The notes under the pieces are model-generated. The model ran no database searches. It was not told where the DNA came from and worked only from the letters and a program-made list of their open reading frames with translations. A stretch of 62,757 bases of DNA, counting the filler, from Eubacteriales bacterium (lineage in GTDB: Bacteria > Bacillota > Clostridia > Oscillospirales > CAG-382): assembly GCA_045636665.1 (NCBI GenBank). It is 7 parts of 7 records of this genome, joined end to end, with 100 filler letters (N's around TTAATTAATTAA, not from the genome) between each part and the next. Parts side by side here need not be neighbours in the genome. Positions count along the whole stretch, not along the records: positions 36,389 to 46,715 come from JAZTXY010000037.1; positions 46,816 to 57,001 come from JAZTXY010000038.1; 5 more parts are not named here. One strand, written 5' to 3'. Shown in pieces: positions 39,113 to 49,490 of the stretch; position 1 is the stretch's first letter, and each line of letters starts with the position of its first letter. The position numbers and the translations under genes are program-made.

Positions 39113-40669
39113 ATGTCAATAAGTGTTATTTATTCCGCAGCTATTCGTGGTATTGAAGGTCAAATCGTTACCGTCGAATCGACGAACGTAGCGAGTTCGA
39201 ATCCCCGCCTCGATATTATCGGTTTGCCCGATGCGGCGATTAAAGAATCGCAAGGCAGAGTCAGGTCTGCCGCACGCGCATGTGATCTACCTTTAAAAAA
39301 GGGTGTTCTTACCGTTAACCTTGCGCCTGCGGATATCAAAAAAGAAGGCACCGTTTATGACCTTCCTATATTACTTTCTCTGCTTGATATGCCCGGACTT
39401 AACAGAATCGATTTTTCAGAATGCTGTTTTCTTGGCGAGCTTTCACTTTCCGGCGACTTAAGACCCGTCAGCGGAGTTCTCCCTATGGCGGTTGCCGCAA
39501 GAGATGCTGGCTTTAAATATCTTTTTGTTCCCGCCGATAACGCATCGGAAGCATCTGCCGCTTGCGGAATAACCGTTTATCCAGTTAAGAACGCAGTTCA
39601 ATTAATGGATCATTTTCTTTCGAGAAGAAAAATCATCCCTATGCGATTCAATAAAGACGATTTCTTTGCAATCGCCGATGACACCTTGCTTGACTTTTCT
39701 GACGTTAAGGGTCAAGATCAGGCTAAAAAGGCATTGGAAATCGCCGCTGCAGGCGAACACAACGTGCTTCTTATCGGTCCTCCCGGCACGGGCAAAAGCA
39801 TGCTTGCGTCAAGAGTGCCTTATATACTTCCTCCGATTACGCTTGATGAATCAATCGAAACATCAAAAATATATTCAATCGCAGGTTTAAACAAAGAACT
39901 TAATCCACTGCTTACGAGCAGACCTTTCCGTGCTCCGCACCATTCACTTTCACCTGCGGCGCTTATAGGCGGCGGAACCAATCCGAAGCCCGGTGAGATT
40001 TCACTTGCAAACAACGGCGTTTTGTTTCTTGATGAATTTCCTGAATTTGATAAGCATAGTTGCGAAGTTTTGCGACAACCTATCGAAGAACGCAACGTAA
40101 CGATTTCTCGAGTTAACGCAAGTGTAACCTATCCTTGTTCATTTATGATGATATGTGCGATGAATCCTTGCAAGTGCGGTTTTTACGGACATCCCACAAA
40201 ACCCTGCACCTGCACACCGCAATCGAGAAGAAATTACCTTTCGATGATATCCGGACCTATTCTCGATAGAATAGATATCCAAGTCGAAGTAAATGCGCTT
40301 GATTTTTCGGAGCTCGATACCACGGTTGCCGCAGAATCCAGCGATAGAATCAGAAGACGTGTTTCAAGAGCTAGAAATTTTGCAATGAGCCGTTTCGATG
40401 GTGAAAAATTGGCTAACGGTCAACCGCTCACCTGCAATGCTCGTATGCAACCGAAGCACGTACGTAAATTCTGCACCTTTGATGAAGGCGGACGCGAGGT
40501 CCTGCAAATGGCGTATGACAAGCTTGGTCTTTCTGCGCGCGGATATGATAGAATTCTCAAGGTTGCGCGCACAATCGCTGACTTTGACGAGAGTAATATT
40601 ATCCGCAGACCTCACGTTGCATTAGCCGTGCAAATGAGAAGTCTTGACAGAAAATATTTTAATAATTAA
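39113..40669 (+). CDS. comM: YifB/ComM Mg-chelatase-like AAA+ ATPase
   Basis: IIGLPD..IKES..RV, VNLAPAD..KEG, GPPGTGKSMLA, RPFRAPHH, GEISLA..GVLFLDE, SARGYDRILKVARTIAD. Confidence 0.94.
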   Translation: MSISVIYSAAIRGIEGQIVTVESTNVASSNPRLDIIGLPDAAIKESQGRVRSAARACDLPLKKGVLTVNLAPADIKKEGTVYDLPILLSLLDMPGLNRIDFSECCFLGELSLSGDLRPVSGVLPMAVAARDAGFKYLFVPADNASEASAACGITVYPVKNAVQLMDHFLSRRKIIPMRFNKDDFFAIADDTLLDFSDVKGQDQAKKALEIAAAGEHNVLLIGPPGTGKSMLASRVPYILPPITLDESIETSKIYSIAGLNKELNPLLTSRPFRAPHHSLSPAALIGGGTNPKPGEISLANNGVLFLDEFPEFDKHSCEVLRQPIEERNVTISRVNASVTYPCSFMMICAMNPCKCGFYGHPTKPCTCTPQSRRNYLSMISGPILDRIDIQVEVNALDFSELDTTVAAESSDRIRRRVSRARNFAMSRFDGEKLANGQPLTCNARMQPKHVRKFCTFDEGGREVLQMAYDKLGLSARGYDRILKVARTIADFDESNIIRRPHVALAVQMRSLDRKYFNN

Positions 40670-40690
40670 GCTCAAGGTTTACATAACTTT

Positions 40691-40804
40691 TGTGCAAAAC
40701 AATGCGATTTTGTGGAAAACTCGGTGGATCGCACTTAAAAACCAACATTTTGCTTGTTTTTCTGCCCTTTTGTTTTCCACAGATGTGCAAAAGCGTGTGG
40801 AAAA
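40691..40804. promoter_or_regulatory. DnaA-box cluster (5 boxes)
   Basis: TTWTNCACA matches at 40691(-), 40711(-), 40773(+), 40784(-) and 40796(-). Confidence 0.7.
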
Positions 40805-40848
40805 CTTCTGCGTAACAAAATATCAGATTTTTAGAAAAGAGAATCTTT

Positions 40849-41538
40849 ATGGATTATCAAGGCAATTATTTTCCCGAAGAACAAGATGAAAACGAGTCGA
40901 AGGTATATCGAAACGTTAAAAGAATTTTCAAGTGGAGCATGTACGGCATTTCGTTTGTTATTTATGCCGTTTTAATGTTCATTTTGTTCGTTAACCGCGA
41001 CAGCGACATTCTTGAAACCAATTATATGACCGAGCTTTCAACTATGACCGAGGTCAATAGCGATGATATTGAGCTATACCGCATAAACACAAAGGTTTTT
41101 ATGAACGAGTTAGGCTCCTTGCAGATTTTTAACGTTGATTACGCGCCTGAATACGGTCTTATCGAAATTGGCGTTAAATTCAATGCAAAAAAGCTTACCA
41201 ATGAGGATTACGGTGATTGTCTTGAATACGTCCTTTCCGATAACAAAGGAAACACCTACAAGCTCGTTAACAAGGTCATAGATAGCGGCGGAAGATACGG
41301 CTTCTCTCGCGTATGCTTCGAGGGCATTAATCTTGATTTTAAATCGAATGATTTAAGATACAACGAGGCGCTTATTTACGGCGCAACGCCCGCACTTACA
41401 ACCCCTTCCGATTTATGGGAGCGCAGTGATGCTAAATACAGCTTTGCAATATACCGCAAAGCTGACGGCGAGTTGCTATATGATTTTCTCCTTTACGATA
41501 ACACAACCGTTTTTAACAGTACCGATTATGAGGATTAA
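40849..41538 (+). CDS. Hypothetical membrane-anchored protein
   Basis: 229-aa ORF with one N-terminal TM. Confidence 0.75.
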   Translation: MDYQGNYFPEEQDENESKVYRNVKRIFKWSMYGISFVIYAVLMFILFVNRDSDILETNYMTELSTMTEVNSDDIELYRINTKVFMNELGSLQIFNVDYAPEYGLIEIGVKFNAKKLTNEDYGDCLEYVLSDNKGNTYKLVNKVIDSGGRYGFSRVCFEGINLDFKSNDLRYNEALIYGATPALTTPSDLWERSDAKYSFAIYRKADGELLYDFLLYDNTTVFNSTDYED

Positions 41539-41540
41539 AT

Positions 41541-42725
41541 TTGGTGATAATTATGAATGATAATCATATTGAAATCAAAGAAATGCGCAGTAGCTTAATC
41601 GCAAGAGGAATTATCTTTCTGTTCCTTGCGGTTTTCTCGCTTTCTATCGCTTTGTTACCTTACATAATCAAGGACTTTTCGGATAATGCGCTTACGTTCT
41701 ATCTCGGCGGCGGAATTGCTTTTTGCATATTTGCTACACTTTTTGTATTCCTTCTTTTTAAAGAGTGCAAGCCCGACAGTATAATCGTTTTGAATTCTCG
41801 CGGTTTTACCGACAAGAAAAACATCGGTGCAAACGTCGAAATCGAATGGACAAACGTTGCATCTGTCAAGCTTATGGGCAAAAAGGAAACACCTTACCTT
41901 GGCATCACACTTGAAAACGTCGACATTGTTATGGCGCATATGAAAAAACCGAACGTTGAAGAAATGCGCGAAAATATCGAGGAAGGACTTCCCCACATCA
42001 TCCTTTCTCAAAGAGAGATTAGATATCCCATTAACGACCTCAAGGATTTATTTGTAAAATTCACAAGAGAAGCAAGAGTGCTCAAAAACGACGCTCCGAC
42101 AAAGCCCAAAAATAACCCCTTTACCACCGAAGACGTTTTAAGAGCATTCGGCAAGCTTGATCCCATTGAACCGAAGGAAGAGCTTCCCGACAATAAAACC
42201 GAAGAAAATGTTTACGAATCAACCGAAGCATTCGAACAATCCTCTGAACCTGTATCGGCAGAACCGCTTGATACCTATGAAAACGTCAACGAAACCGATG
42301 ACGAGATTAAATCGATTGATTCTTTCTATGAATCTTTGATACTCAAAACCGAGTCAATCAATACTGCTGAACAAGTCGTTAACGAAGTAACAGAAGAAGA
42401 AAACGTTGAAGAAGAAGCGCCTGCTTCGCAATGCGAAAATGATTCTTCAAGCGATAACAATTTGCAGAACGAATTTGATGAATTAATTGCTAAAGCAAGG
42501 TCTTCAAAAATCTCGGAAATCGAAAAATTGCTAAATGAAAAAGACATTCCTTTTTCGGCAGGCAGTAAAAAAGAGAACAACACCGAACCCGTTTCGGTTA
42601 AACCCACCGAAGAAGTCGATGAAACAACCGTCAACAACGAAAACAAAAAAGACGGTTCAAAAACCGATTCTATGGGAAATACCAAGGAATTTTATCCCGA
42701 AATCATTCATTTTGATGATCTTTAA
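41541..42725 (+). CDS. Membrane protein, STM3941-like N-terminal region with long acidic tail
   Basis: Two TMs, then IVLNSRGFTD...IEW..V; Glu/Asn-rich low-complexity C-terminus. Confidence 0.65.
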   Translation: MVIIMNDNHIEIKEMRSSLIARGIIFLFLAVFSLSIALLPYIIKDFSDNALTFYLGGGIAFCIFATLFVFLLFKECKPDSIIVLNSRGFTDKKNIGANVEIEWTNVASVKLMGKKETPYLGITLENVDIVMAHMKKPNVEEMRENIEEGLPHIILSQREIRYPINDLKDLFVKFTREARVLKNDAPTKPKNNPFTTEDVLRAFGKLDPIEPKEELPDNKTEENVYESTEAFEQSSEPVSAEPLDTYENVNETDDEIKSIDSFYESLILKTESINTAEQVVNEVTEEENVEEEAPASQCENDSSSDNNLQNEFDELIAKARSSKISEIEKLLNEKDIPFSAGSKKENNTEPVSVKPTEEVDETTVNNENKKDGSKTDSMGNTKEFYPEIIHFDDL

Positions 42726-42731
42726 AAACAC

Positions 42732-42760
42732 AAAACCTCCGTGTTAATCACGGAGGTTTT
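42732..42760. terminator. Bidirectional terminator
   Basis: AAAACCTCCGTG-TTAAT-CACGGAGGTTTT. Confidence 0.8.
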
Positions 42761-42783
42761 ATTTTTATAATGTTTATCTACGA

Positions 42784-43953
42784 TTACTTAACAATCGCTT
42801 TTACAAACTTGTTCTTGCCCTTGCTTACAACGTATTCGCCGTCAACATCAAGAACGGCATTGGGATCGGTGACCTGCTTACCGTCAACCTTAACACCGCC
42901 GCCTTGAATCAAGCGTCTTGCTTCACTGTTGGAAGGAGCAAGTCCTGCTTTGCTGAGAACCTCAAGAAGACGAACACCAACTTCAAATTCACGTTCTTCG
43001 ATGTTTTCGGGAACACCGCCGCCTGCAACGCTTGCGTATCTTGCAACAGCCGCAGGTACCGCTTCTGCACCGTGATAAAGAGTAACGATTGCTTCGGCAT
43101 AAAGAGCGTGCGCTTTACGAATATCGGTTTCGCAAATCTCTTTATATTTTTCTTCTTCAAGATCGGTAGTAAGATTGAAATAGGTAAGAAGAAGACTGTC
43201 GGGAACCTTCATGCACTTTTCATACATAATTTCCGCAGGTTCGTCGATACCGATATAGTTATCAAGCGATTTGGACATTTTTTCAACACCGTCAAGACCG
43301 GGAAGCAACGGGAAAGTAATAACCTCTTGCGAAGTTTGTCCGTAGTCTTTTTGGAGTTCTCTGCCTACAAGAAGGTTAAAGGTTTGGTCGTTACCGCCAA
43401 CCTCAATATCGGCTTCAAGCGCTACGCTGTCATATCCTTGCATAAGAGGATAGAAAAGCTCGTGCATACCGATAGGGCGCTGTTCCGCATAACGCTTTGC
43501 AAAATCATCTCTTTCGAGTATACGCGCAAGAGTATATTTGCCCGCAAGCGAAAGAACGTCTTCAAACGACATCTTTCCAAGCCAATCGGAATTATAAACT
43601 ATACGGGTTTTATCCTTATCAAGAATCTTGATAACCTGCTCGTAATAGCTTACTGCATTTGCTCGGGTTTGCTCGAAAGTAAGAGGAACTCTTGTTTTGC
43701 TTTTTCCCGAGGGGTCACCGATCATAGCGGTAAAGTCACCGATAACGAAAATGATTTCGTGACCGAGATCCTGAAGCATTTTAAGCTTGCGAAGAACTAC
43801 CGAGTGACCGAGATGGAGGTCGGGTCTGCTGGGGTCAGCACCCATCTTGATTTTCAAAGTTTTTCCGCTTTCGAGCTTTTCTTTAAGGCCTTCAGCAGAG
43901 TAAACGCTAAGCGCGTCGCGCATTATATTTTCATAAACTTGTTGTACTGTCAT
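42784..43953 (-). CDS. tyrS: Tyrosine--tRNA ligase
   Basis: GADPSRPDLHLGH, YPLMQGYDS, GG.DQ.FN, KMSKS, C-terminal S4 domain. Confidence 0.97.
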   Translation of the reverse strand: MTVQQVYENIMRDALSVYSAEGLKEKLESGKTLKIKMGADPSRPDLHLGHSVVLRKLKMLQDLGHEIIFVIGDFTAMIGDPSGKSKTRVPLTFEQTRANAVSYYEQVIKILDKDKTRIVYNSDWLGKMSFEDVLSLAGKYTLARILERDDFAKRYAEQRPIGMHELFYPLMQGYDSVALEADIEVGGNDQTFNLLVGRELQKDYGQTSQEVITFPLLPGLDGVEKMSKSLDNYIGIDEPAEIMYEKCMKVPDSLLLTYFNLTTDLEEEKYKEICETDIRKAHALYAEAIVTLYHGAEAVPAAVARYASVAGGGVPENIEEREFEVGVRLLEVLSKAGLAPSNSEARRLIQGGGVKVDGKQVTDPNAVLDVDGEYVVSKGKNKFVKAIVK

Positions 43954-43962
43954 ATTTACCTC

Positions 43963-45477
43963 TTATCCAAATGTATAAAGTTCACCGTCAAGCTTGGGAA
44001 TAGTAACGACATCGAATTTCGCGAGTAATTCTTCATCCAACTCGATCTTATCATAGAAGGTTTTGATGTATTCGCTGAATTCGGTCATAATGAGTTCGTC
44101 TTCGATTTTTGTATAAATACTTGCCGAAATGTCTTTTTCGCTCATCGGAAGTCTTCTGATGACGTAGGTTGCATCTTTAACGAAATCCTTTTCGGCATAT
44201 TTGCCTTCTTCAATCTCTTCTAACATTTCGATAAACGAAGCATAATTTGTGTCGGATTTATTTATAAAGTTCGATTCCAAAGGAATATAATATGCCTTTT
44301 CTTTGTCACTTGCAGGATATTCTTTTACTTCACCGCTTTTAAGCTTTTCGTAAAGCTCCAATGCTTCGGCTCTGATTTCCTTGGCAGTCATCGCCTTGAT
44401 AACGTTTGTTTTGTTACCGCCGGTGGTCTTGCCGTCGTCAGAGGTTTTGCCCGAAAAATCTTCTTCACTCTTTTCGAGCTTTTCAATGATATGGAAACCG
44501 TATTCGGTTTCAACAAGACGAACGTCACCAACGTTCATTTCAAACGCTGCGGTTTCAAAATTCTTTACCATTTCGCCGTAAGTGAAAACGTATTCATAAC
44601 CGCTGTCTTCGGTATCTTTCTTGAAATCGTCAAGCTTTTTACCCGATTGGATCTCGGCTAAAGCGGCTTCGGCTTTTGCTTTCTTTTCAGCGACTTTTTC
44701 ATCGGAAAGCTTTTTGTTGTTCGAATCAACCGTTTTATAAAGAATGTGACGTACTTTTACAAATTCGGTGTCGAAAAACGCTTTTGCTTCTTCATCGGTA
44801 TATTCAAAGGTATATGCCGTACCGGTATTGTAATCAACGTAAGCAAACAACGCACCGTCATAACGGAGATATTCCTTTAAAAACTTTTCGTGAACCTTTT
44901 CTGCGGGAATTTTAACAACACCGTTTTCTCCGTAAAGGTGTTCGCGAACGAGAGTATAATAAAATTCGGAACGAAGATAACGTTCAATGGAATATCTGCT
45001 CAAGCCAAGACGCGCAAGTTCTATTTCAAAAAGGTCTTCGCCGCCGTAGGAATATTCCAAATCCTGCATAAAGCCGTCGATTTTATCAATATCCGCTTGA
45101 TTTGTAATAGAAAGATTCGCATCGCCGCAAAGCTTTTCAAAAACAAGCATTTGCTGTGCAAATTCAAGCGAAATATCTTCGATATATTTTGCAAACGTGG
45201 TGTTTTCATCCATCTTCATTTCAAGAATTTCAGCTTCGCTGTAGGAAACACCGTATTGCGAAAAATATGCTTGATAATAATCAATCATCTGACTCTTGAA
45301 CATGCTGAGAATATACATATAATCTTTTTCGCTTAATGTATATTCACCTAAAGAAAGCAACACTTCACCTTCTGCTCCCCCGGACGAAGATTCTTCGCTA
45401 CACGCAGTAAAAGCAAAAAGCATCACAATTACTAACATAAACGCGATTAATCGGGTTTGTTTTCTCATTTTTTTCAA
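43963..45477 (-). CDS. PrsA-like parvulin peptidyl-prolyl isomerase lipoprotein
   Basis: Lipobox FTAC; VRHILYK, GEMVKNFETAAF, VETEYGFHII; follows mfd. Confidence 0.85.
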   Translation of the reverse strand: MKKMRKQTRLIAFMLVIVMLFAFTACSEESSSGGAEGEVLLSLGEYTLSEKDYMYILSMFKSQMIDYYQAYFSQYGVSYSEAEILEMKMDENTTFAKYIEDISLEFAQQMLVFEKLCGDANLSITNQADIDKIDGFMQDLEYSYGGEDLFEIELARLGLSRYSIERYLRSEFYYTLVREHLYGENGVVKIPAEKVHEKFLKEYLRYDGALFAYVDYNTGTAYTFEYTDEEAKAFFDTEFVKVRHILYKTVDSNNKKLSDEKVAEKKAKAEAALAEIQSGKKLDDFKKDTEDSGYEYVFTYGEMVKNFETAAFEMNVGDVRLVETEYGFHIIEKLEKSEEDFSGKTSDDGKTTGGNKTNVIKAMTAKEIRAEALELYEKLKSGEVKEYPASDKEKAYYIPLESNFINKSDTNYASFIEMLEEIEEGKYAEKDFVKDATYVIRRLPMSEKDISASIYTKIEDELIMTEFSEYIKTFYDKIELDEELLAKFDVVTIPKLDGELYTFG

Positions 45478-45543
45478 CCTCTCAAATTCGTGTTAAAACT
45501 ATATACAATTTGTAGTATACAATATTTTTTTGCTTTTGTCTAC

Positions 45544-46715
45544 CTAATTTTGTGCTAATTTTGAATATCTTTCAATAATCTTCTCGCACATATCAAGAAT
45601 TTTTTCTCCGTCGCGCAATTTATAGGCTATATGAGGTCTTCCGCCAAGCGAAATCATCACCGCGCCGCTAAACGGGTCTTCCGAAGCGATAACAGCGCAA
45701 CGCTCCATATTGATATTCGGATTGTAAAATCCAATTACCCTGCCGTTTTGCTCAATCGATGTAAAATCGCAATTCATTGCCATATTACGCAAATGCGATA
45801 TTCTCATAAGATTTGTCAACGGAACAGGTATGTCGCCAAATCTATCGTTTAATTCGTCTACCAAATCGTCAAATTCGTCGCGATTGGAAACCGCGGCGAT
45901 TTTTTTATAAACGTCAATACGCAAATTAAGCGAAGAAATATAATCCTCCGGGATAAAAGCATCCGCGGTAACCTCGATAGTACAGTTCTTTTCCGCCTTT
46001 GGTGCAATGCCCTTCTCTGCGTTAATCGCGTCTTCCAAAATCTTAATATAAAGGTCATAACCGATCGTTTCAAGATGTCCGCTTTGCTCCGCTCCGAGCA
46101 AATTTCCCGCACCTCTTATTTCGAGGTCGCGCATCGCAATCTTAAAACCTGAACCGAACTCGGTAAATTCACGAATTGCCTCAAGACGCTTTTCGGCAAT
46201 CTCATTAATAACAGAGCCTGCCTTATAGGTTAAATACGCATACGCCTTTCTTGTTGATCTACCGACTCTTCCTCGGATCTGATGGAGTTGCGAAAGACCC
46301 ATTCTGTCGGCATCTTCAATAATAAGTGTGTTTGCGTTAGGAACGTTAACGCCCGATTCGATAATAGTGGTGCTTACAAGTATATCGATATTTCCTTCAA
46401 CCATATCGGTCCAAACGTCGGAAAGCTGTTCTTTATCCATCTTTCCGTGTCCTACCGCGATATTGGCGTCGGGGAATGCTTTTTTCAATAACGTCGCTTT
46501 TGAGTAAATCGAATCTACGAAATTATGCAGATAAAACACCTGACCGCCACGTCTTAATTCACGGCGTATCGCCTCAAAAATCACGTCCTCATCGTGTTCA
46601 AGAACAAAAGTCTGTACAGGCACGCGGTCGACAGGCGCTTCTTCAAGCACAGACATATCGCGTATACCGCTAAGCGCCATATTCAATGTCCTTGGGATAG
46701 GCGTTGCGGAAAGTG
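45544..46715 (-). CDS. mfd: Transcription-repair coupling factor (5'-truncated)
   Basis: LSATPIPRTLNM, GLSQLHQIRGRVGRS, GF.IAMRDLEIRGAGNLLG.EQSGH, TRCF domain. Confidence 0.97.
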
Positions 46716-46815
46716 NNNNNNNNNNNNNNNNNNNNNNNNNNNNNNNNNNNNNNNNNNNNTTAATTAATTAANNNNNNNNNNNNNNNNNNNNNNNNNNNNN
46801 NNNNNNNNNNNNNNN
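46716..46815. other. Artificial contig linker
   Basis: N44-TTAATTAATTAA-N44. Confidence 0.99.
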
Positions 46816-47735
46816 AAGTAATAGGTCGAGCTGTTACCGATGAAAAGCATATCGATAACTTCTTCTGCGGGATATGCCTTTGCCTTAGCCGCTTTAATAC
46901 CGTATGCTTCAACCTCGCAAATGAACGCCCAACCGGGAGCGCCGGTTGCAACGCGGTATTCAACGTAACGCGCGGTAACGGTTTTATCAAGCTCAAGAGT
47001 GGTTGCAACAACGGCTTCGGAGGATGTTTTCTTATGGGTGGTTACACCTGCATCGTACCATTCTTGGCCGTCGTTTGAAACTCTGATGCGTACAAATTCG
47101 GGGGTGTAGATGCCCGAGCTTGCAAAACGGTCGCTCGCTGCGTAAGCAACGAATTTATCAAGCTCGTGAATTGCGCCGAGGTCTACTTTAATGTAAGCAT
47201 AGCCGTTAAAACGGTAATAATCGGTGTTTGAGTTAAAGCCCATGAACGTAGAATCGGAATAACTGCTGCTCGAGGAAGCAATTTTGCCGTCGGTCATAGT
47301 CTTGTTTCCTTCGTCGGGATAAGAAGGATTACTGCTGCTGGGGTGAAGATCCGATTTTGTATAGGTCTTGTTAAGCGCTACGTTTGCATAGCTGGGATCG
47401 TTTTTAATATTGCTTTCGCCGCTTGCACTGACCTTGGGAATTTCATAGGTCTTTAAGCAGTGACGCTTTATAAGGATATAGTCGTATTTATTGATTCCGT
47501 CGGTATCGTTAACGTCGCCTCTTAATTCCTGTTCATCGTTAAAGGTAACGGTTTTAAGGCAATAGCGCTTTACGAGTATATAGTCATACTTATCGATAAA
47601 GCCGTCGATATTAACGTCGCCTTTAAAATACACAAGGCCGTCGTCGGTCGTCTGTGCAAGGGTAGCAAAGCTCGGCAAAATGCACATAGAAACGACCAAA
47701 ACAACCATAAGCAGTTTTTTTGCAAATTGTTTCAT
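46816..47735 (-). CDS. Secreted dockerin + discoidin-like + SGNH protein (3'-truncated)
   Basis: Signal peptide; GDVNIDGFIDKYDYILVKR / GDVNDTDGINKYDYILIKR; NVALNKTY...ARYVEY...EVEAYG; LFIGNSSTYY at the break. Confidence 0.85.
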
Positions 47736-47934
47736 AAAATAACTCCTGTCCTTAAATTTTTGTTGACCGACCTTTTTAAAAAGCCGATCCGCTTAGGTTC
47801 TTTATTTTATCACTTTATTAACTAAAAGTCAACGAATCAAAAAAACTTTTCGCGTTAAATATAAAAGAAAGGACTTCCCAAGGAAAGACCTTTTAATGGG
47901 CCTTTGCGTAAGAAGTCCTTTTTAAAATTATCGA

Positions 47935-49446
47935 TTAATTAAACTCGTAACCCTTTTCGCAGGCGAGCTTTGCAATCTCTTTAAGCGCTTTTACCGTTTT
48001 TTCATCGTTACCGCCGGTATAGGAAACGTCATCAAGGTCGATACCGAGAAATTCGATAGCCATAACCGATGCGATAAGGTATGCGCCTACGTCGGAGTGG
48101 TGGGAATTATCGGTAAAGTGAAGCTCGATACCGGGGTTTTGCTTGTAGCAGAGAAGGAATGCATCTGCAACGTGCGCGTGCTTTTCGATGCCGAAATCCT
48201 TTGCAACCTGAGTATATGCGTCATGGAGTCGTTTTCCGCTTACGGGACGCTGGTTGGGGTCGGTATTGGAGGAATAACGCTCGTAAAGCATAACCTCTGC
48301 TTGGGCTTGAGTTTGCTTGAACAACGGCATAAGAATGTCCATAGCCGCCTTAGTATCACTGTAATCGCAGTTACTGTTGTCCTGAACCACGATAATATCG
48401 TATTTCTTTTCGTTAAGCTTGCTTCTTAAAAGCTTACCGCGTTCAACGTCGTTTGCATCTGCATACTGAGAAAGGTAAGCGCCGCCGATACAGCAATAGG
48501 TAACATCAAGCTCAACACCGACAGATTCTGCAAGAAGCACAAGCTTGTCGGGTACGTTGAAGTAATAGGTCGAGCTGTTGCCGACGAAAAGAATGCTTGT
48601 GGTGTCCTTTTCGGTGGGATAAGGCTTTGCAGCATCTGCTTTTTCGCCGTATGCTTCAACCTCGCCGAGGAACATCCAATTATAAAGACCTGCAACGATA
48701 CGGTATTGAACGTAACGCGCGGTGAGAGCCTCGTCAAGCTCAAGGGTACTTGCAACATAGCTGACCGAATCGGTATCCTCGTGGCTTGTTACGCCTGCCT
48801 TGTACCATTCCTTACCGTCGTTGGAAACATAAATGCGTACAAATTCGGGCGCGCCGATACCGCTGCCGAGCATTTTACTGCCGAGGTATGCAACAAATTT
48901 GTTGAGCGAATAAACCTCGCCAAGGTCAACGGTCACAAGTGCATAACCGTTTTGACGGTAATAATCGGTGTTTGCGTTAAAGCCCATAAACGCAGGATTC
49001 GAATATTTGCCGTCTTCGGGGGGAAGAACGCCGTTTGTTGCGGTTTTGTTTCCCTCGTCGGGATAAGAGGGATTACCGTCATTGGGATGCAAGGGCGATC
49101 TTGTATAGGTTTTGTTAAGCGCTACGTTTGTTTCCATAGGATTTTCCTCCGGTTTGCTCGATTCATCGGGTTGGCTTGTGTCGGCATCGCTCGACTCATC
49201 CGATGCATCGGTGCTTTCCTCTGCGGAACTCGATTCATCCAAGCTTTCATCTGCTTTACTCGAAGCGTCGGTGCTTACTTCGCCGGTGCCCGAAGCGTCG
49301 GCGCTTTCATCCGCCGTGCTCGATTCAACCGCGCTTTCAGCCGATTGGGACGAATTTTCGACAGCTTCATCCTCGCAACCGAAGAATGAAACCGAGAGCG
49401 ACAGCATAAGAAGTGCCGCAACGATTATACTGATAATTCTTTTCAT
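47935..49446 (-). CDS. Lipoprotein: S/E-rich linker + discoidin-like + SGNH hydrolase (DUF4886-like)
   Basis: Lipobox FFGC; ILFVGNSSTYY block I, GGAYL, DNSH block V. Confidence 0.85.
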   Translation of the reverse strand: MKRIISIIVAALLMLSLSVSFFGCEDEAVENSSQSAESAVESSTADESADASGTGEVSTDASSKADESLDESSSAEESTDASDESSDADTSQPDESSKPEENPMETNVALNKTYTRSPLHPNDGNPSYPDEGNKTATNGVLPPEDGKYSNPAFMGFNANTDYYRQNGYALVTVDLGEVYSLNKFVAYLGSKMLGSGIGAPEFVRIYVSNDGKEWYKAGVTSHEDTDSVSYVASTLELDEALTARYVQYRIVAGLYNWMFLGEVEAYGEKADAAKPYPTEKDTTSILFVGNSSTYYFNVPDKLVLLAESVGVELDVTYCCIGGAYLSQYADANDVERGKLLRSKLNEKKYDIIVVQDNSNCDYSDTKAAMDILMPLFKQTQAQAEVMLYERYSSNTDPNQRPVSGKRLHDAYTQVAKDFGIEKHAHVADAFLLCYKQNPGIELHFTDNSHHSDVGAYLIASVMAIEFLGIDLDDVSYTGGNDEKTVKALKEIAKLACEKGYEFN

Positions 49447-49490
49447 ATTTTCCTCCGTTTCATTTATGGGAATATTATATATCATTAAGG

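Noticed and set aside
40670..40848. oriC
   Set aside because: No dnaA/dnaN context and no evident unwinding element or DnaA-trio run; reported as a box cluster only
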